A program made the position numbers and the translations under genes. From the IMG/VR virus record IMGVR_UViG_3300045996_002337, positions 248,001 through 312,000 of that record: DNA of 64,000 nt. One strand, given 5' to 3'. Below are positions 38,114 through 48,470 of this stretch, piece by piece (the first letter of the stretch is position 1; each line of letters opens with the position of its first letter). The notes below the pieces were generated by a model. The model made no database searches. It was not told the DNA's origin and saw nothing but the letters and a program-made list of their open reading frames with translations.

Positions 38114-38458
38114 TCATTGTTTGTTCCAAGAACGCAGGAAGTTGGCGCCGACATCAAGGCTGACATAGTTGAAGCCCTGCATCCCCTGTTCGGAGTAGGC
38201 TACGTCAGAGGCATCGTACCCCGCCCGGGTTAGATAGTCGCGAAGCTCGTCCATGAAGCCCTTGTCGGTGTAGATGAGACCGTGCTGATCCACATCCCAC
38301 GAGTCCATGGCGAAGTAGACGCGAAGCTCGCCGAACGAGGGTTCCGTTTCGCCGTCTTCCAGTTCTGCGACATACGCAACTACAAGACCGGTGCAGGCGA
38401 CTGCACGTTGTTCGTCCGTCCAGTAACCGACGCCGTTCGTGCTGAGAGATTCGTTCAT
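38114..38458 (-). CDS. Conserved phage hypothetical protein
   Basis: GELRVYF..W..GLIYTD..F..YSEQGMQG.NYVS.DV. Confidence 0.7.
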   Translation of the reverse strand: MNESLSTNGVGYWTDEQRAVACTGLVVAYVAELEDGETEPSFGELRVYFAMDSWDVDQHGLIYTDKGFMDELRDYLTRAGYDASDVAYSEQGMQGFNYVSLDVGANFLRSWNKQ

Positions 38459-38717
38459 TGAGCGCATTGTGCGTCCTGCTTTGTCTTCTCGCGGGCAAGC
38501 GTTGCTTCAACCTCCTTCTCAACAGCAAACTTATGACCGGCAACGATATGCGAGGTCACACTGTTCACTGTGATGCCCAGGATAAAAACCGCAAGAACGT
38601 AAGCTGTGCTGTTCGGCATGAAGTCTCCAAGAGTTTATAGATGAATTATATCCAACCTGCGCCCAATGTACACAACCTGACGGTAAATATGTGTAACGTT
38701 CTTCTTAAGGATTTCTA

Positions 38718-39179
38718 GTGGCAAAAAAACGCATCCCAAGCTTGGTGGTTGAACGAGCTGAAGACCAGGGCAATTACTTCTATTTGAGCGTGCTCGAATA
38801 TCGGCGCGAGAATTATCTCGTCATCATCGATAACATTACAGAAGATGGCATCGGGGCCTACGTACTTGATTACGCGCAGCAAGAAGGTCTTGATCTTCGC
38901 CAACTTATGAGCGTCGTGACCGAGTGGTTCTATCGCGGCTCATATCGTTACCCGCTCTCATTTGAGTTTTCACGTCGTGGCATGGCGCACATGACGAACA
39001 GGATTCACAAGAATTTTGAACTTGCGCACGTCACCCGATTGATCGGAAACGACTTTAGGTTTGACCTCACAGCCCCACCTAAAGTTCGTCGTCGTCGCGT
39101 TTCAATGATCCCGGCTGGAGTTGAGATCAAGCTCAGAAAATCAAGCGAGCGCGTAGAGGTTCTGAAGTTTCCGAAGTAG
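38718..39179 (+). CDS. Hypothetical protein; the only convincing plus-strand gene
   Basis: TAAATA at 38684, AAGGA SD, 153 aa, ends TAG. Confidence 0.75.
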   Translation: MAKKRIPSLVVERAEDQGNYFYLSVLEYRRENYLVIIDNITEDGIGAYVLDYAQQEGLDLRQLMSVVTEWFYRGSYRYPLSFEFSRRGMAHMTNRIHKNFELAHVTRLIGNDFRFDLTAPPKVRRRRVSMIPAGVEIKLRKSSERVEVLKFPK

Positions 39180-40163
39180 CCATTCTTCAGCGGCCGCCTC
39201 CAGTTCGGGGGTCCGCTTTTGCAGGGTGGTCTCCTTGAGCTTGCGCTGGACAGTGTCGTCCAGTTCACGTAGGTGGGCTTCGATCACCGGCATGTCAACA
39301 AGGCCCTTCTTCACAGAAAGAAGGTACTCGGCATTGCTGCGCGGGAATGTGATCGCTCCAGTGTCCAATAGCTCGATGGCCTGCTCATAAACGCGGATGG
39401 CGTGGGACATCGACTTGTAATCCACCGCTTTTTCAGCAGCTCCAGTCGTGCGTTCGCCATACCCTGCGATAAGCTTCTTCACAGCGGTGTTCAGCGTCTG
39501 CAGAGAAGAGGTCTCCAAGTAGCTACGTCCATTCAACTCAAGCGTACGAAGCACCCGGTTGTTGTTCGGCGTTTCAGAGGTGAGCAGCTCGGCTTCGCGT
39601 GCGATCACATCGATCACCTTTTCACCATCGATCAAGTCATCGAGCCGATACTCAGCTTTCTTTTCCTGCAAGGAAAGCTTAAGCTCTACAGCAGAGATAG
39701 CAGCGAGGACCTTGCGAGCTGCATTCAGACGCTCACCGCGTCGAACGTAGTCAAACGTCTGCTTCATCGCAAACCCGACCATCGAATAGACTTCGGCGTT
39801 CGTGAACTTTGCGATCAGTTCCTGAAGAAGCTCTTGCATCTCAGGAGGGGTGCTGGTATTCTTCACCCCGCCGAAGGCGATTTCAAGTGCGTAAGTTTGC
39901 CCTGCCACGAAGTCGCGAACGAACGTTTGAAGTGGGAAGTACTCCGTCTCGACACCATTATCAGGCATCGATTTATCGACTGCAACAGGTTCACCGTCAG
40001 CGTCAACCCGCGTCTTGAAGATGCGAGGAGCTTTGCCTAGCAGCAAACTGTCGAGTGAGGGGAGGTACACGACCTTGTTGTCGGTATCAGAAGTAGGCGT
40101 TGAGGTACCGTACAGCTTCGAGCCATATGTCACCTCAAAAAGATTCGTGGTTTGATCTGTCAA
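39141..40163 (-). CDS. Pol-beta-superfamily nucleotidyltransferase
   Basis: GSKLYGTSTPTSDTD motif, DYKSMSHAIR. Confidence 0.85.
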   Translation of the reverse strand: MTDQTTNLFEVTYGSKLYGTSTPTSDTDNKVVYLPSLDSLLLGKAPRIFKTRVDADGEPVAVDKSMPDNGVETEYFPLQTFVRDFVAGQTYALEIAFGGVKNTSTPPEMQELLQELIAKFTNAEVYSMVGFAMKQTFDYVRRGERLNAARKVLAAISAVELKLSLQEKKAEYRLDDLIDGEKVIDVIAREAELLTSETPNNNRVLRTLELNGRSYLETSSLQTLNTAVKKLIAGYGERTTGAAEKAVDYKSMSHAIRVYEQAIELLDTGAITFPRSNAEYLLSVKKGLVDMPVIEAHLRELDDTVQRKLKETTLQKRTPELEAAAEEWLLRKLQNLYALA

Positions 40164-40207
40164 CAGAAACTCCTAAATTAAGTGCAGCGAAACGTTGCAA
40201 GGCTTTT

Positions 40208-40708
40208 TCATTCGACCTCGAGCTCCTCGACGCGGTATGAGTTGTCACGTCTGCGTGAGTAGTCGTAGACGTAGTACGGTGCGGAGGCGTAGTGATTACG
40301 CTCTTCCACCGGCACGTTCAGCGCGTCGAAGACCTTTGTCGCTGCTTTGCCCAGGTCTTCGAAGTAGACCTGAAGCTTTGCCTCGTATTCGAAATGTACC
40401 GCCTTGTTGTACATCTCAACGCGCTCCTTCTCGTCCCAGTAGGTCTGCGGCCACAGATCTTTCTTCAAACCCTTCGGCTGCTTAGGTTGCAGTAACAGGT
40501 CTGGCCGTGGGGGTGGGCGGACGGCCACACTAATTGTGCTGAACATGACCGCGAACTTGTCGCGGATTTCCCAGTAGGCACGATCCGCCTCCTTGAGCAT
40601 GAGGATGGCGTACTCAGCTTTGGCATGGTCAAGGTAGCCTTTTATCAGCTCCTCACCAGCGTCCTCGTACTCTCCCCAGGATTCAATCACAACATAAATT
40701 TTGTTCAT
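40208..40708 (-). CDS. Hypothetical protein
   Basis: ORF, 166 aa. Confidence 0.65.
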   Translation of the reverse strand: MNKIYVVIESWGEYEDAGEELIKGYLDHAKAEYAILMLKEADRAYWEIRDKFAVMFSTISVAVRPPPRPDLLLQPKQPKGLKKDLWPQTYWDEKERVEMYNKAVHFEYEAKLQVYFEDLGKAATKVFDALNVPVEERNHYASAPYYVYDYSRRRDNSYRVEELEVE

Positions 40709-40727
40709 GCTGTGATTATATCACAAA

Positions 40728-41219
40728 TCAACTAACAGCGACTTCTTCGATCACACGATTGAACAGCTCATCCATGATGGCGATGAAGCGGGTCTTGATA
40801 CGCATTTCGTTCTTGATGCCGCGGAAGCCAGCCTCAAAATCAGTGATGGCTGCATCATCACCAAACTCTTGACGAATCTTCGCAATACCAACGGTGTAGA
40901 GCGGGGTCATCGTGGTGCCGGTGTTTGAGCGGGCGCCGTGATAGCCGATCGTATCGAGGAACTGCTGAGTGGCAATTGACATCATGCGGCCAAGCAGCTC
41001 CGGGCTCATGTGCTCCGGGCGATTGTAAAGCGTGGCGTCGTGAATGTACCCTTGAAACTTCGGGTTCTTGGTCTGCGCCGTGCGAGCACGGGCGCAGTGA
41101 CCACCCTGCGAAAGGGTTCCATCTTCACGAAGAATGGATGATGCAAAGAATTGCTTTTGCTCAGCAAGACCATTGCGTTCGAAATCGGCAGCGGAAACGG
41201 GGTTGACTTTAACGGACAT
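40728..41219 (-). CDS. Hypothetical protein
   Basis: GGAG SD, promoter upstream. Confidence 0.7.
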   Translation of the reverse strand: MSVKVNPVSAADFERNGLAEQKQFFASSILREDGTLSQGGHCARARTAQTKNPKFQGYIHDATLYNRPEHMSPELLGRMMSIATQQFLDTIGYHGARSNTGTTMTPLYTVGIAKIRQEFGDDAAITDFEAGFRGIKNEMRIKTRFIAIMDELFNRVIEEVAVS

Positions 41220-41371
41220 AGATTTCTCCAGGATAGCAGGTGGAAGATGCCAGCACTTTGGTATTCCCTAGGGGAAGTTCCTACTCATGTGGCGGTTTGA
41301 TATCGGTTACTCTTTGCAACCGATGAAGCTATTATAAGCTCCGGGTATTTATCGTGTTCAGCACGTTTAGG

Positions 41372-41944
41372 TTACACTCTACCTTGCTCGATCAAGTGTA
41401 ACTGAAGCCAGACGACGTACGAGTAGGCCAAGGCGTGTGACTTCTTGAAGGAGTAACCGGACTCATCCTTCGCGTACAGAATCCTTCGTGCAGCTTCGCG
41501 GTCCTTCTTGTAGAGGCCGATGAAGTTCTTCTTGCCAGGTCGAATGAGGGCCATGATGTCAGCAACCTCCATGATCGACGTTGGCTTCAGATCGCAGAGA
41601 AGATCGCCATGCTTGGCCAGCTGAAAAATCTTGTCATGGTTAGACGGAACGAGCAGCAGCTTCCAATCGGGTTCTTTCTTCAGCAGCTCGTCAATCTCGG
41701 CTCTGCTTGTAAAGTGCTTGTACACAGTGAGGTGGAGAAAGTCAACCTTCAGGTAGCCCAGGTCCTCTGCCTCTTCATATGGGATTGCCGCTAGGCCGGT
41801 CACCGGGTCCTTTGCAATTTTTTGTGGATACACTCCACATGGATGTGGAGTCAGCTTGCCGTCTTTCAGCAAACTGGCCCGCACCCACGTTTTAAAGAGG
41901 GTGGTTGGCTTGAAATCGGGGGTGATGTCAATATCGACGTCCAA
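41372..41944 (-). CDS. DNA polymerase III alpha-like, C-terminal piece (catalytic DxD and fingers)
   Basis: DVDID, HPCGV, GYLKVDFL, ALIRPG, YSFKKSHALAY. Confidence 0.85.
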   Translation of the reverse strand: MDVDIDITPDFKPTTLFKTWVRASLLKDGKLTPHPCGVYPQKIAKDPVTGLAAIPYEEAEDLGYLKVDFLHLTVYKHFTSRAEIDELLKKEPDWKLLLVPSNHDKIFQLAKHGDLLCDLKPTSIMEVADIMALIRPGKKNFIGLYKKDREAARRILYAKDESGYSFKKSHALAYSYVVWLQLHLIEQGRV

Positions 41945-42157
41945 ATTAAATGTCCCTCATGTTGTCAAGCTTAATCATCATTACGATCTGTGGTACCGCT
42001 TCTCGCCATCTTAACATGATCAGTGGGTCATCAGACTCACAAATCAGGATGTCAAAATATCCACGACGGACAGCATGGAGGTTCAGTAGCGCAGTATTGA
42101 ACACACGTGAATAGAAAGCCTTTGAATGCCCATCCATGCCCTCGAAGATCTTTCGAG

Positions 42158-42922
42158 TCATAGACCCAATTCCTTCGTCGCCTTGCAAAAATCGGTAAAC
42201 ATGTCGCGTGTCTTTTCAGACTGGTTGATCCGCGAGATCATTGCACCAACCTGAACGGCATCTTCAAGCCGCAGCGAATCATCAGGAGTTTGGTTCTTAA
42301 GCCACTCTCTAAACGCTGTTGATGCTACTAGAAACCACGCAGAGAGCTTTCTTCGTTGCACCAGGTCGAGCACCTTGTTCACACCAACCGCCGTAAAAAC
42401 ATCACGCAACGGGACCTCATGACTTTGTGAGAGCTCAGTCACCAAATCAATGCTATCAATGAACTGCTTCGTCGGTGGAACAACCTTGTCATACCCCTGC
42501 AGGTACAGGGCGTACACGTTGTCGCGACACCACAATGATGGCTGCACGTTACCATTGTCCACCATTGCCTTAACGAAAGCCATTGGCGTCGGCATGTTCA
42601 CGCGAAGAACGTGGTTAGCAAACTTGATGAACGTAGAAAAATACGACGAGGCGCTAAACGTTTCGATTGGTGGGACTGACCTTCTGTTGAGGCGCATCCA
42701 CTCGCTGTAATAGGCGTAAGCGGCTTGACCAATTGGGCTTCGTAGCTCGTCAAGCTTCTCACGTTCACGACAACGGTGATTCATGAACGTACGCTCACTC
42801 ACGAAGTCATGATTGCAAAACGTGCAGCCCCACTTCACCTTACGTTGCAGCGGAGCTTCGGCCTCAACGGTTTGGTTTCTTCTTGCTGCTGCTTGGTTTC
42901 TCAGTGCTTCCCGATCCATCAC
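42158..42922 (-). CDS. Zn-finger-containing hypothetical protein
   Basis: CTFC..F..E..F.NH.C. Confidence 0.7.
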   Translation of the reverse strand: MMDREALRNQAAARRNQTVEAEAPLQRKVKWGCTFCNHDFVSERTFMNHRCREREKLDELRSPIGQAAYAYYSEWMRLNRRSVPPIETFSASSYFSTFIKFANHVLRVNMPTPMAFVKAMVDNGNVQPSLWCRDNVYALYLQGYDKVVPPTKQFIDSIDLVTELSQSHEVPLRDVFTAVGVNKVLDLVQRRKLSAWFLVASTAFREWLKNQTPDDSLRLEDAVQVGAMISRINQSEKTRDMFTDFCKATKELGL

Positions 42923-43367
42923 CCACCTCTTTCTTGAGTTTCGTCAGTTCCTCTTTCTCCCACCCAAGTTCCTCCGCCATCTGCATGATCGTTTCACCAT
43001 CGATGTTAATCGCATAGAGGGTAGCTTCACGCGTGGACACGTCGTAATACTGCTTGATGGCTTCTAACCGCAGCTTGGTCGCGCTCTTGGCACCAGGGGC
43101 CTTCAGCCATTGATACCTACGACTCTTGCCCGTGGCCGCCGCGGCCAACAGCTTAAACAGCAGTGCCTTCTCTTGTCCCAGAGAAAACCCATAGGGGTTA
43201 ACAAACGTATTTAGCCGAATCAGCTGGGCGTGATCAGAAGTTCCAGTCATCCACCTCGCGATTACGAATGGTGAAGCTGCCTTCTTGTCCTCAGGGCTGA
43301 GGCGATCATACCACGTCATGTCCCGCCCGGAGATCTTTTCCAATCCGTCGAATAGATCAAACGCCAC
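42864..43367 (-). CDS. Putative clamp-loader small subunit (gp62-like)
   Basis: FDLF..SPFVIARWM..YQWLK..IKQYYDVSTREA; next to the RFC ATPase. Confidence 0.6.
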   Translation of the reverse strand: MAFDLFDGLEKISGRDMTWYDRLSPEDKKAASPFVIARWMTGTSDHAQLIRLNTFVNPYGFSLGQEKALLFKLLAAAATGKSRRYQWLKAPGAKSATKLRLEAIKQYYDVSTREATLYAINIDGETIMQMAEELGWEKEELTKLKKEVGDGSGSTEKPSSSKKKPNR

Positions 43368-43853
43368 GTGTAATTCTCCAACCTGTAGTCCAAAGATCAA
43401 CGCGAAAGAACCACTTGCCATCATGCTTTCCGAGACCAACCCGTATCATGCGGTTATTTTTATCAAGTGGTAGCTTTGTAATCATGCGAGCTCAACGATG
43501 TACGTAGTTGGTGATGTTTCAGTAATTTTAGCACGAACCTTCCACCCCGCGAAGCTGATGTAAGGACCCTCGGTTGCAGTGAAGTGAATCTTCAAATCTT
43601 CAGTTGCCTCAACAGCGCCATCAATGACGTGCTCCATGAGCGCGCTCTGAATTCCAGCAGGGAGCTGAGTGAAGAAGCAGGTGCCAATTGGCCATGTATC
43701 GGTAATCATAGTTGTTTTTCCTGTAGTTTTAGGCACCGCTGACAGCGACGCCGCGTAAACCAAAAAGAGCGTCTTCGCTTCTGAAAAGGATTCGACCATG
43801 GCGTCCACAAGTGAAAGCCGAGGCGACACCTCCAGTTCATGTCATCGTCTCAA

Positions 43854-44768
43854 TCACAGAAGCGCAGCAATCTCAATGAAGAGTGCGGCGATCTGCAGTT
43901 CAGGATCTGACACGAATGAGTGTTGATACTGATACTGTGCAATGAGGACGACGGCTTCATCTTGCGCCTTCAGCTTCTTGCAGCGGTGAAGATTGTCGTA
44001 GAGAAAGCGATAGACCTCCAACAGCTCTTCCTTCGTGGCGGTTTCACACACGAGTTTACGGCACGCGCGGATGTCTCCAGCTTCAAGTAGGGGTAGGAGC
44101 TGGAGCTTCCAGTCGTGTGCGGCCCCACCACCGTCGATCTGCAGTTTGCCACCAATAGAACCGCTCTCAAGGAGCTGGATGATCTTGCGGAAGTCTGGAT
44201 AACCGGCGGCGACAACCTTCTCGAGGTCTTCAACTTCAAACGTGATGTCCTCAGCAACAAGGATGTCGGCAGCCTTGAGCAGCACGTCATCTTTTGACGG
44301 AGCCGCGAACACGAACTCTTGAAACCGTGAACGAAGCGCCGGTGTGATCTTGTTGATGTAATTACACGTCGCGATGTAGCGGCAGGATGTTGAAGTAGAT
44401 TCAATGAGGTCACGGAGCAGGGCTTGTGCGTCATGACCAAGGTAATCAAACTCCTCTAGGCGGACCACCTTGAACTTACCAATCGCCATGGTCATGGCGA
44501 AGTTCTTCACCTTGTCCCGCATTGCATCAATTTTTTCGTCTGAGCAGTTGACCTTCAGGACATCACTTCGATCGACACCGAGGGACCTGATCAACGCCAG
44601 TGACATGGAACTTTTGCCAGTCCCTGGGCCCCCCTGCAGAAGCAGGTTTGGAATTTGGCCTTCTGACACATAGCTGTCAAATTTCTGACGGTCACGTTCA
44701 TTAGTAACGATGACATCACTGACCTCTTTAGGCCGATATTTTTCACACCAAAGTTTTTTCACAGTCAT
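43854..44768 (-). CDS. Clamp-loader AAA+ subunit (gp44/RFC-like)
   Basis: LWCEKYRP, GGPGTGKS, AQALLR, TCNY, SRF, PDFRK. Confidence 0.92.
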   Translation of the reverse strand: MTVKKLWCEKYRPKEVSDVIVTNERDRQKFDSYVSEGQIPNLLLQGGPGTGKSSMSLALIRSLGVDRSDVLKVNCSDEKIDAMRDKVKNFAMTMAIGKFKVVRLEEFDYLGHDAQALLRDLIESTSTSCRYIATCNYINKITPALRSRFQEFVFAAPSKDDVLLKAADILVAEDITFEVEDLEKVVAAGYPDFRKIIQLLESGSIGGKLQIDGGGAAHDWKLQLLPLLEAGDIRACRKLVCETATKEELLEVYRFLYDNLHRCKKLKAQDEAVVLIAQYQYQHSFVSDPELQIAALFIEIAALL

Positions 44769-44833
44769 GGTTCCAGATAAAACAAGGCACGACACCTTCT
44801 ATGGTGTCATTTTAACATGTAAGACGCGAGGTC

Positions 44834-46048
44834 TTACTTCTTTTCAGGGGTCGTAATTGACGAGGCTCGCTTGAACCCCGTTGTGGTGCGCGCGTCAACC
44901 ACAGTGTTCGGATCAGGCTTAATAAGACCTAATGAAGATTTCGTGATCTGCTCCCGAACCGGTGGGGCATCAACGCTCACCACGCTTGTTAAGCCAGTCT
45001 GTGGCGCTGGCTCTTCGGCCGGCGTAGGAAGGTCAACGTTATCCATTACCTGAACGTCTTCACGTTTTACCTCTGGCACTTCCGAGACCTCTAGAAACTC
45101 GTCCTCGGGTTCTGGCTGAGGAGGTTCTTCCTTTGATGACTCGACAGGAAAAACCACAGGTGGAAGAGAGTCCCCTTCTTTCACAGAAGGATAGAGACGT
45201 TCGAAAATTGGAGGCTGCGGGTCTTCATTCAGCTTTCGCTGTTGCTCCGCATGAAAGGCTTCTTCCTCTGGATCTGGAACGTAGTGCTGCGGGCCCAAAG
45301 GCTCCTCGACCACGCTGTGCTTCACGGGATCGTAGGCAGCCAGCTTCTCCTGAAGAGGGGTTTCCTTTTGAGACTTGCGATGGGCCCAGAGGAAGTTGCC
45401 AGCGATGATCAGGAAGATGGCCAACGGGTCGAACACGAAGATGATCATGAGGATCACCCACTTCACTGCCTGCTCTACTGGCACGTCAAAGGCCTTCGCA
45501 ACGTAGAGAATCGGGCCGGCTTTTGCTTCAGTGCCAATCTGGGTGATCTGCAAAGCGGGCAATTCCCGATCAATGGTCGCGAGTTGTTCAGTGACCGCCT
45601 TTTGCTCACCTTCAAACTGCTTCATCAGGGTGATTCGCGAACGAGAGTAGTTTGAAGGCAGCTTTGCGATCTGATCGTCAATCTGTTTCTTACGTTCAAG
45701 CAGTCGTGTTTGCTGTTCCTTCAACACGCTCACCTTCAGCTCACCTTCCTTCGTTCCAAGGATCGCCTTCTGAAACTCACCGGACAAATATCCGGCGGCG
45801 CCCGCAGAAGTAATCGTCATTGTCACCGCCGCGGCTACAAGAGCATACGACTTCATCAGCTTTGAAAGGTCCTTCCAGTAAGTGTATAGGAGGGACACAA
45901 CCACGATCTTGCCAACGTCTAGTGCGATAGCGAGTGCGATGATGATTGGATTGGCACCGAAAAGTGCCGAGATGCCAATGACAGAAACGAGAGAACCGAG
46001 CCCTTCGATAAAGAGGGCTGCGGCAAAGGTGAGAATGATGAAGAACAT
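44834..46048 (-). CDS. Membrane protein with coiled coil and acidic Pro-rich tail
   Basis: Several TMs, GYLS, GPILYVA, IFVFDPLAI. Confidence 0.75.
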   Translation of the reverse strand: MFFIILTFAAALFIEGLGSLVSVIGISALFGANPIIIALAIALDVGKIVVVSLLYTYWKDLSKLMKSYALVAAAVTMTITSAGAAGYLSGEFQKAILGTKEGELKVSVLKEQQTRLLERKKQIDDQIAKLPSNYSRSRITLMKQFEGEQKAVTEQLATIDRELPALQITQIGTEAKAGPILYVAKAFDVPVEQAVKWVILMIIFVFDPLAIFLIIAGNFLWAHRKSQKETPLQEKLAAYDPVKHSVVEEPLGPQHYVPDPEEEAFHAEQQRKLNEDPQPPIFERLYPSVKEGDSLPPVVFPVESSKEEPPQPEPEDEFLEVSEVPEVKREDVQVMDNVDLPTPAEEPAPQTGLTSVVSVDAPPVREQITKSSLGLIKPDPNTVVDARTTTGFKRASSITTPEKK

Positions 46049-46066
46049 TAGGGGTCTTTGTAAACT

Positions 46067-46627
46067 TTAGACGACGTGGGCGCCGAACTGCAGGGTGACA
46101 AAGGAACACTTCTCAATCATTTCAGCAGTCAACACGGTCGTGATACGACGGGGTTTCAATGTTTCTAGATCGAAGATCGTACTAACGACTTGATCACCAA
46201 TTGAGTAGTTTTCCAACACTTCACGGTGCGGCATCTCGAGCCGATACGGAAAAATTGTGACGGTCGAAAAGCTGTTATATCCCATGTCAAGCACCTCTTT
46301 CAGCGCTTGCATATTTGGTTCACCGCGCTCAATTGATTCCAAAACTGAAAGCGAAATTTTCAAGCGCAGGTTCGCTGTTAATGTTGTCACCTGCTCCTCG
46401 AAAGGAATTTCAAAGTCGATTGGGAGAGCCTCAGCCGGAATAAAATTTGGTGGGTTTGAGAATGCCGAATCGTCTTCACTCTTGATAATCTTACTTCCAC
46501 GAACAGTCTCGGCGGGCCCTCGCATCTGCTCACCAATTTGAATTTTTGGGTTGCACAGCTGAAGCCCACGGATGGATAGATCCATGAGGGCCTTATCCGT
46601 GTACTTGATAAGATTGGATTTTGACAT
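46067..46627 (-). CDS. Hypothetical protein
   Basis: Start MSKSNLI just after groES. Confidence 0.6.
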   Translation of the reverse strand: MSKSNLIKYTDKALMDLSIRGLQLCNPKIQIGEQMRGPAETVRGSKIIKSEDDSAFSNPPNFIPAEALPIDFEIPFEEQVTTLTANLRLKISLSVLESIERGEPNMQALKEVLDMGYNSFSTVTIFPYRLEMPHREVLENYSIGDQVVSTIFDLETLKPRRITTVLTAEMIEKCSFVTLQFGAHVV

Positions 46628-46628
46628 T

Positions 46629-46952
46629 TTAGAAGCTTGTCTTGTACGTTTCGGTGACGTCGTCCGTGACAAGCACAATCTTCGAGTCGTCGGTTTTCCA
46701 CATCTTCTCACCGTCAACTTCGGTGCCAAAGGACCACATGAGGGCCTCGATCAGAATGTATTCACCGACGGCGACTTGGGCGTCAGGTCCGACTGCGACG
46801 ACCTTACCCCAACGTGGGAGCTTCTGGCTTGAATCAAGGGTGGGCAAGATGATGCCACCTTCGGTCTTGCGGTCAGTAAACTTTCCCTTGGACCCTGCGG
46901 TCTCATCGAGAAATTTGAACATGACGTTGTTCTTGAGGGGAAGGATGTTCAT
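46629..46952 (-). CDS. groES: Co-chaperonin GroES-like
   Basis: ILPLKN, TEGGIILP, GKVVAVGPD, VGE. Confidence 0.85.
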   Translation of the reverse strand: MNILPLKNNVMFKFLDETAGSKGKFTDRKTEGGIILPTLDSSQKLPRWGKVVAVGPDAQVAVGEYILIEALMWSFGTEVDGEKMWKTDDSKIVLVTDDVTETYKTSF

Positions 46953-46975
46953 ATGAGTATGGTTATGTTAACGGA

Positions 46976-47206
46976 TTATTTCCGCTTGAGTTGCTTGGCT
47001 TGACCAGACGTGTTCGCAGCCTCGACTGAGACCGCAAGAAAATCAACATCTGCGACGACGTCAGATTTAACGCCGTCTTTTACGTCGATTGCATGCTTCC
47101 GCTGCTCGACTGCCTTTGGAATTGGTGCTGAGGCAAGTTGCTGCTTGATTGCAAGCAGTTCAAAATCGATCAGTTCACCGCGTGCGCTGCGAATGAGTTG
47201 TCCCAT
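46976..47206 (-). CDS. Conserved late hypothetical protein (RSARGELIDF)
   Basis: TATAAATA upstream. Confidence 0.65.
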   Translation of the reverse strand: MGQLIRSARGELIDFELLAIKQQLASAPIPKAVEQRKHAIDVKDGVKSDVVADVDFLAVSVEAANTSGQAKQLKRK

Positions 47207-47279
47207 TGTATCGTTCTCCGGAGATTTTTAGGCGTGCGTCTATATATTGCACTTCTATATTTATAGGCACCCGCGCAGC

Positions 47280-47831
47280 TTATTCGTGGAAAAATTCTTC
47301 AGCAGATACGTTCATCTTAACACAATCGACAACATGCAGCCCGATGATAAACAGGAGGTAACATGCACAGGATGAACCTCGACCAACACCCCAGACGACA
47401 TCATTTGCCCTGAGCTGATCCAGAATGTAAATGATGGTTCTCATGAACTCCACCATCCCGCGTTGGTTGACCTGATCCAGCTCAAAGGCGATGCGATCGA
47501 TTGCTTCTTCAACCTGCTCGGGCGTGTAATCCGTGGGGCAGCGTTCCTCGAACTGTGAAGCGATGTATTCTTCAAGATCGAGAGTTTGATACTTTTCGGG
47601 CAGTTCCCACCCCATGTCGAGCGCAATTGGTTCCTGCCCGCCGACTTGAATTTGATCCTCGGCCGGCACCTGCGCATTGAAGGTTACGACATCGGGAGTT
47701 TCTTGAAGGACTCGAAGCTTTGAGGGAGGGACGCCCAAAAGCAGAAACCGGCCCAACTGGTCCGGTTCCACTTCAGAAACTCCGTCGAAACGGAGTTTTC
47801 GGTTCGTCAGTTCAGATTGAAGTGAACGCAT
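47280..47831 (-). CDS. DNA polymerase III alpha-like, N-terminal piece
   Basis: RIAFEL, WGVGRGSS, IGLHVVD, EEFF. Confidence 0.85.
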   Translation of the reverse strand: MRSLQSELTNRKLRFDGVSEVEPDQLGRFLLLGVPPSKLRVLQETPDVVTFNAQVPAEDQIQVGGQEPIALDMGWELPEKYQTLDLEEYIASQFEERCPTDYTPEQVEEAIDRIAFELDQVNQRGMVEFMRTIIYILDQLRANDVVWGVGRGSSCACYLLFIIGLHVVDCVKMNVSAEEFFHE

Positions 47832-48470
47832 GATTCTCGGGTTGAGCTGCCAGGGTGGCAGCTTCTTCTTTCGAAACGCCAAGCACACTCCGTTCACTGA
47901 CCTGCAGTTGGTGACGTGCAAACTTCATCAGCACGGTCATCACGGCATCCGTGAACGGAAACTCAGCGAAGAACATCGTGTTCTTGTCCCACATGCCCGT
48001 TTCGATGTACTTTTTCAACGAGGCCAGGTGGGCCTCGTTCGTCGGGTCGAAGAAGGAGCGGGCCGAGCCATGGCGGCGAAGAATCGAAGAACGCGACATG
48101 AAATCAGTAGAACCAACATCGACGAATTCAGGCATTTGATTTCCAGTGGAGTTGCAATAGAAGAATTATACAATGAACCTGTGTTCTTGTACATCACTTC
48201 TTGCGAGGATAGCAAGGACCTTGCGGTAGATGGGTGATGTCGCCATAACGTGGCAACCAATTTGTCACGCCACACTTCACACACTCGTAGTCATACTCGC
48301 CGTTGTGGCCCCCGACTGCACGTGAAATGTCCTTCCACTCGTGCTGCTCAACCGCATCAGTCAAGGTTGGGATGACGTTAGCTTCGACCCACTTTTGGAC
48401 GCCCGCAGGCGTTCCGTCACTTCGATTGTCGTGCTGTTCCCGCATCAACTTGCCAAGCATCGAGGCACCA

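Noticed and set aside
41372-47831. Split intein in the DnaE-like pieces
   Set aside because: No intein N- or C-terminal motifs at the junctions.
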